The notes under the pieces: generated by a model
Databases searched by the model: none
What the model was told of the DNA's origin: nothing
What the model saw: only the letters and a program-made list of their open reading frames with translations
Translations under genes and position numbers: made by a program
In this document: piece by piece, positions 60,650-64,000 of the stretch
How positions within the stretch are numbered: position 1 is the first letter of the stretch
How the letters are laid out: every line of letters begins with the position of its first letter
Source of the DNA: Microcoleus sp.
Lineage (GTDB): Bacteria > Cyanobacteriota > Cyanobacteriia > Cyanobacteriales > Microcoleaceae
Assembly (NCBI GenBank): GCA_042408215.1
Contig: JAYFMW010000006.1
Coordinates: 288,001 to 352,000, forward strand
Length of the DNA stretch: 64,000 bases
Reading direction: 5' to 3'

Positions 60650-62110
60650 TCAAATAGCTTGGTATTTCTGAACTGCCAAAACTAAATTTTCAGTCCAAAA
60701 ATTAGCCAATTCATGGCTGGAAGCTTCCACCATGACTCGGATCAGCGGTTCAGTACCGGAAGCGCGGACTAGCACCCGTCCTTCTTCTCCCATTGCAGTT
60801 TTAGCACGCCCGATCGCCCCTTGCAAAGTCTCGCAATCGTGCCATTTCAGGCGTTTTTCCCGATCGTCAACTCGGACATTTCGCAGCAATTGGGGGTAAG
60901 TTTCAAAGCTGCCATCCACCAATTGTGCCAGTGGTTCCCCCGACTCGCGCACCAGGGAAGCCATATGCAAAGCAGTTAACAAACCGTCACCGCTGATACC
61001 GTAATGAGGACAAAGAATGTGTCCCGACTGTTCGCCGCCCAACATCGAACCGGTGCGCTGCATTTCAGCATGAACGTACTGATCTCCCACCGAAGTTCTA
61101 ATTAGTTTTCCCCCCAATTCTTCCCAAGCTCGCTCAAAGCCGAGGTTAGCCATTACAGTAGAAATAATTAAATTTTCCGGCAATTGTTGGCTGTGGCGCA
61201 AATGCCGCCCCCACAGATAAAGAATGTAATCGCCATCCATCGATCGACCTTGGTTGTCAACACCCAAAACTCGATCGGCATCGCCATCAAAAGCAAATCC
61301 CAAATCCGCATTGTGCTCTAAAACCGCAGCTTGCAAACTGTCGAGATGAGTAGAACCGCAGTTAACATTAATCCGATCGCCATCAGGAGAGTTGTGCAAA
61401 CAGATAACATCCGCCCCCATTTGCGCGAACACCGCATGGCCCAAGCGCGCCGCAGCCCCCCAAGCCAAATCCAAAACTATCCGCATTCCCCGCAAATTCA
61501 TTCCTTGCAGTGAACCCTCCAGGGAAGTGGCATAATCTTTAACCAACTCTGGCCGGTGGTGGTGGCGTCCCCAACCCAAGCTAGCAATGGGAACCTTGGC
61601 CCCCCGGATTCCCGCTTCGATTTGTTCCTGCAAATGCTGGGACAGCTTCGTGCCATTGGAACCGAAAAACTTAATCCCGTTATCTTCTGGGGGGTTGTGG
61701 GAAGCCGAAATCATCACTCCGCCGACAGACTCTGAAACGCTTGCCAGATAAGCAACACAGGGAGTAGGACACAATCCCAAATTCCACACTTCCAGCCCGG
61801 CTGCTGTCAAACCCGCTGACAATGCCATTGCTAGCATATCGCTGGAATTTCTGCTGTCTTGACCCAAAATCACCGGGCCTTGGTTGGGGGAATTTTGGCG
61901 TAAAACTTGTCCCGCCCAAAAGCCAATTTGCAGTGCTAGCGGTGCATTCAGCAATTCTCCAGCTTGGCCGCGAATGCCGTCTGTGCCGAATAGTTTGGTA
62001 TTTGGCAGCGAAACACTATTTCCCACCAGAATCGTATCGCGCTTAGCTGACTGTACTGAGTTAGCAGCCTGAAATTCGCTGCCGCGATGGCGCGAAGGTG
62101 TCTGAACCAT
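60650..62110 (-). CDS. glmM: Phosphoglucosamine mutase
   Basis: [36 protein letters not shown]. Confidence 0.95.
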   Translation of the reverse strand: MVQTPSRHRGSEFQAANSVQSAKRDTILVGNSVSLPNTKLFGTDGIRGQAGELLNAPLALQIGFWAGQVLRQNSPNQGPVILGQDSRNSSDMLAMALSAGLTAAGLEVWNLGLCPTPCVAYLASVSESVGGVMISASHNPPEDNGIKFFGSNGTKLSQHLQEQIEAGIRGAKVPIASLGWGRHHHRPELVKDYATSLEGSLQGMNLRGMRIVLDLAWGAAARLGHAVFAQMGADVICLHNSPDGDRINVNCGSTHLDSLQAAVLEHNADLGFAFDGDADRVLGVDNQGRSMDGDYILYLWGRHLRHSQQLPENLIISTVMANLGFERAWEELGGKLIRTSVGDQYVHAEMQRTGSMLGGEQSGHILCPHYGISGDGLLTALHMASLVRESGEPLAQLVDGSFETYPQLLRNVRVDDREKRLKWHDCETLQGAIGRAKTAMGEEGRVLVRASGTEPLIRVMVEASSHELANFWTENLVLAVQKYQAI

Positions 62111-62363
62111 ATTCACTCCTTTAGGAATATTCACACTCACACTTTGGAGTTTATGTTACAACTGAAAGTCTTTTTTTTTCAGCCTCAACTCCATTTATTG
62201 CTGGGATTGCTCCGGCAACCTGACACTTAACATTACCCTGACAAAAGTTTGATTATGTGTTGAATATACGCTATTTAATTAAACTTTCAGGTGGCTGAGC
62301 AGATTCTAGGATACCAGTTTAGTTGCAGGAGGCGGTGTCGCAGGCGGGTGGCACAGGCCGCTC

Positions 62364-62930
62364 TTAGGTTTCAACCCCTGTCGGACTGTCGGAACAGCGA
62401 ATATAAAATGTTAAAGCTGTATTGCCGTATACTTTATGACGGCAAATTTCTAGGCCGGAAATCGGGACAGCCGATCGACTGCGACTGTGTTCGATCGCTA
62501 TTTCGCCATTCGGTGCTAACATTTCTTGGCTGGCGATCGCATTTAAGACAGGCTCGTACAAGTCGCTGGCGTAGGGCGGATCGAAGTAAATGCGATCGAA
62601 CTGCTGTGGCGATAATGAGGCCAATTTGGCGATCGCATTTCCCCGCAATATGTGAAATTCTTGGGATGAATCTGCCACTTGCTCCCAATTTTGGCGGATA
62701 ATTGCACAAGCTTTCGCCGACTGTTCAATGCCAGTGACACTCGCAGCCCCGCGACACAAAGCTTCTGCACCCATCGAGCCACTGCCGGTACAAATGTCAA
62801 GCCATCTGCAATCGGCGATCGTCCCTTGCCAAATATTAAATAAAGCTTCTCTAACTCGCCCTGGTGTGGGGCGAGTTGCGAGTCCCGGCAGGGTTTTTAT
62901 TTGGCGGTTTCCACAGATTCTTAAACTCAT
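62364..62930 (-). CDS. rsmD: 16S rRNA (guanine966-N2)-methyltransferase
   Basis: TRPT..RVREALFNI, GSGSMGAEALCRGA, FDPPY. Confidence 0.92.
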   Translation of the reverse strand: MSLRICGNRQIKTLPGLATRPTPGRVREALFNIWQGTIADCRWLDICTGSGSMGAEALCRGAASVTGIEQSAKACAIIRQNWEQVADSSQEFHILRGNAIAKLASLSPQQFDRIYFDPPYASDLYEPVLNAIASQEMLAPNGEIAIEHSRSRSAVPISGLEICRHKVYGNTALTFYIRCSDSPTGVET

Positions 62931-62999
62931 TTAATCAGAAGAAGGAAGTTCGGCAACGGATTATGTAACGGATGTAACGGATGTCAGGAATAAGTAACT

Positions 63000-63453
63000 G
63001 AGGACACGGCAGTGCCGTGTCCCTACCCCAAAATAATCATGTAGGGAAACGGCATTGCCGTCTACTGATTTCGGTAATATTAATTGCGATGCCACAATCA
63101 TGTAGGGAAACGGCATTGCCGTCTCCTGATTTCGGTAATATTAATTGCGATGCCACCGTCAGTAATCGAGGACACAATATTGCCGTGTCCCTACCCCAAA
63201 ATAATCTTGTAGGGAAACGGCATTGCCGTGTCCTGATTTCGGTAATATTAATTGCGATGCCACCGTCAGTAATCGAGGACACAATATTGCCGTGTCCCTA
63301 CCCCAAAATAATCATGTAGGGAAACGGCAATGCCGTCTCCTGATTTCGGTAATATTAATTGCGATGCCACCGTCAGTAATCGAGGACACAATATTGCCGT
63401 GTCCCTACCCCAAAATAATCATGTAGGGAAACGGCATTGCCGTCTCCTGATTT
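63000..63453. repeat. Tandem array with a 107-bp period, built of paired GTAG-REP hairpins (BIME-like)
   Basis: GAGGACAC starts at 63168, 63275 and 63382, plus variant units from 63000. Confidence 0.9.
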
Positions 63454-63454
63454 C

Positions 63455-64000
63455 TTAAGCAACTACTTTTTCTCTCACCATACTGACAAAATTTGACAGC
63501 ATTTGCAATCCCGTACTCGAAGACTTTTCCGGGTGAAATTGTACAGCCATCAGATTGTCTTTAGCGATCGCCGCCGTCACATTTTGGCTACCGTGAGTCA
63601 CCATTGCCGATCGCACCTGTGTGTCAACCGGATCGACATAATAAGAATGCACAAAATAAACCCAAGGTTCAGCAGGTAAATTTTGCCACAGCGCCAAATC
63701 CTGAGTAAATTCCAATTGATTCCATCCCATGTGCGGAATTGTTAACCCAGGTTCCGATCGAAACCTGCGTACAGTACCTTGAATAATTCCTAATCCCGGT
63801 TCCGTACCTTCTTCGGAACTTTCAAACAGGATTTGCAAACCCAAACAGATGCCTAAAAAAGGTTTTCCAGAGGCGATCGCACTTTTAATCGGTTCTATCA
63901 AATTGCGCGATCGCAAATGCTGCATCGCCGGGTCAAAGGAACCCACTCCCGGCAAAACCACCGCATCAGCCTGCTCGATTATAGCGGGAGAATCCGTAAT
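63455..64000 (-). CDS. hisH: Imidazole glycerol phosphate synthase glutaminase subunit (5' end outside the window)
   Basis: LPGVGSF, LGICLG, PHMGWN, YFVHSY, QFHPEKS. Confidence 0.95.
   Translation of the reverse strand: MTDSPAIIEQADAVVLPGVGSFDPAMQHLRSRNLIEPIKSAIASGKPFLGICLGLQILFESSEEGTEPGLGIIQGTVRRFRSEPGLTIPHMGWNQLEFTQDLALWQNLPAEPWVYFVHSYYVDPVDTQVRSAMVTHGSQNVTAAIAKDNLMAVQFHPEKSSSTGLQMLSNFVSMVREKVVA

Larger units (their letters stand above)
1..64000. repeat. HIP1 octamer (GCGATCGC) dispersed through the window
   Basis: GCGATCGC occurs very frequently in host genes (e.g. 961, 11870, 12571, 15182) and appears sparse in the 1.5-9 kb island and the tnpB. Confidence 0.95.

Noticed and set aside
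63000..63453. Possible CRISPR array
   Set aside because: The intervening sequences are identical rather than unique spacers, the period is 107 bp, and no cas genes are present.

Overview
The window comes from the chromosome of a filamentous cyanobacterium, probably Oscillatoriales (Microcoleus-like). This is inferred from frequent HIP1 GCGATCGC sites, heptamer repeats, ycf51 and hpsNOP. About 1.5-9.4 kb is an AT-rich island beside tRNA-Leu(TAG). It carries a PLD-SNF2 helicase and a frameshifted Eco57I/type IIG-like adenine methyltransferase. At 12.7-14.7 kb a TPR gene is split by an IS200/IS605 element. That element's tnpB is itself replaced in the middle by an IS607-like element with a near-intact, rearranged-RuvC TnpB. 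A 256-bp derivative of the inner element (left end, promoter and omegaRNA region only) sits at 52.6-52.9 kb and has rewritten a host gene's C-terminus. Another protein-less IS605 mini-element lies at 43.4-43.7 kb. The rest is housekeeping and signalling genes: M32 carboxypeptidase, a kinase/response regulator/cyclase cluster, sugar and peptide ABC transporters, cysS, ubiC, mtnD, hpsNOP, glmM, rsmD and hisH. These are interspersed with nested small repeats: GTAG/GTGG REP-like hairpins, an IS4/IS231-like MITE that inserts at a fixed position in REPs, an ISAs1-like MITE, TA-duplicating MITEs and heptamer arrays. Several repeats lie in frame inside proteins, including cysS. All calls are from motif recognition by eye; no database searches were run.
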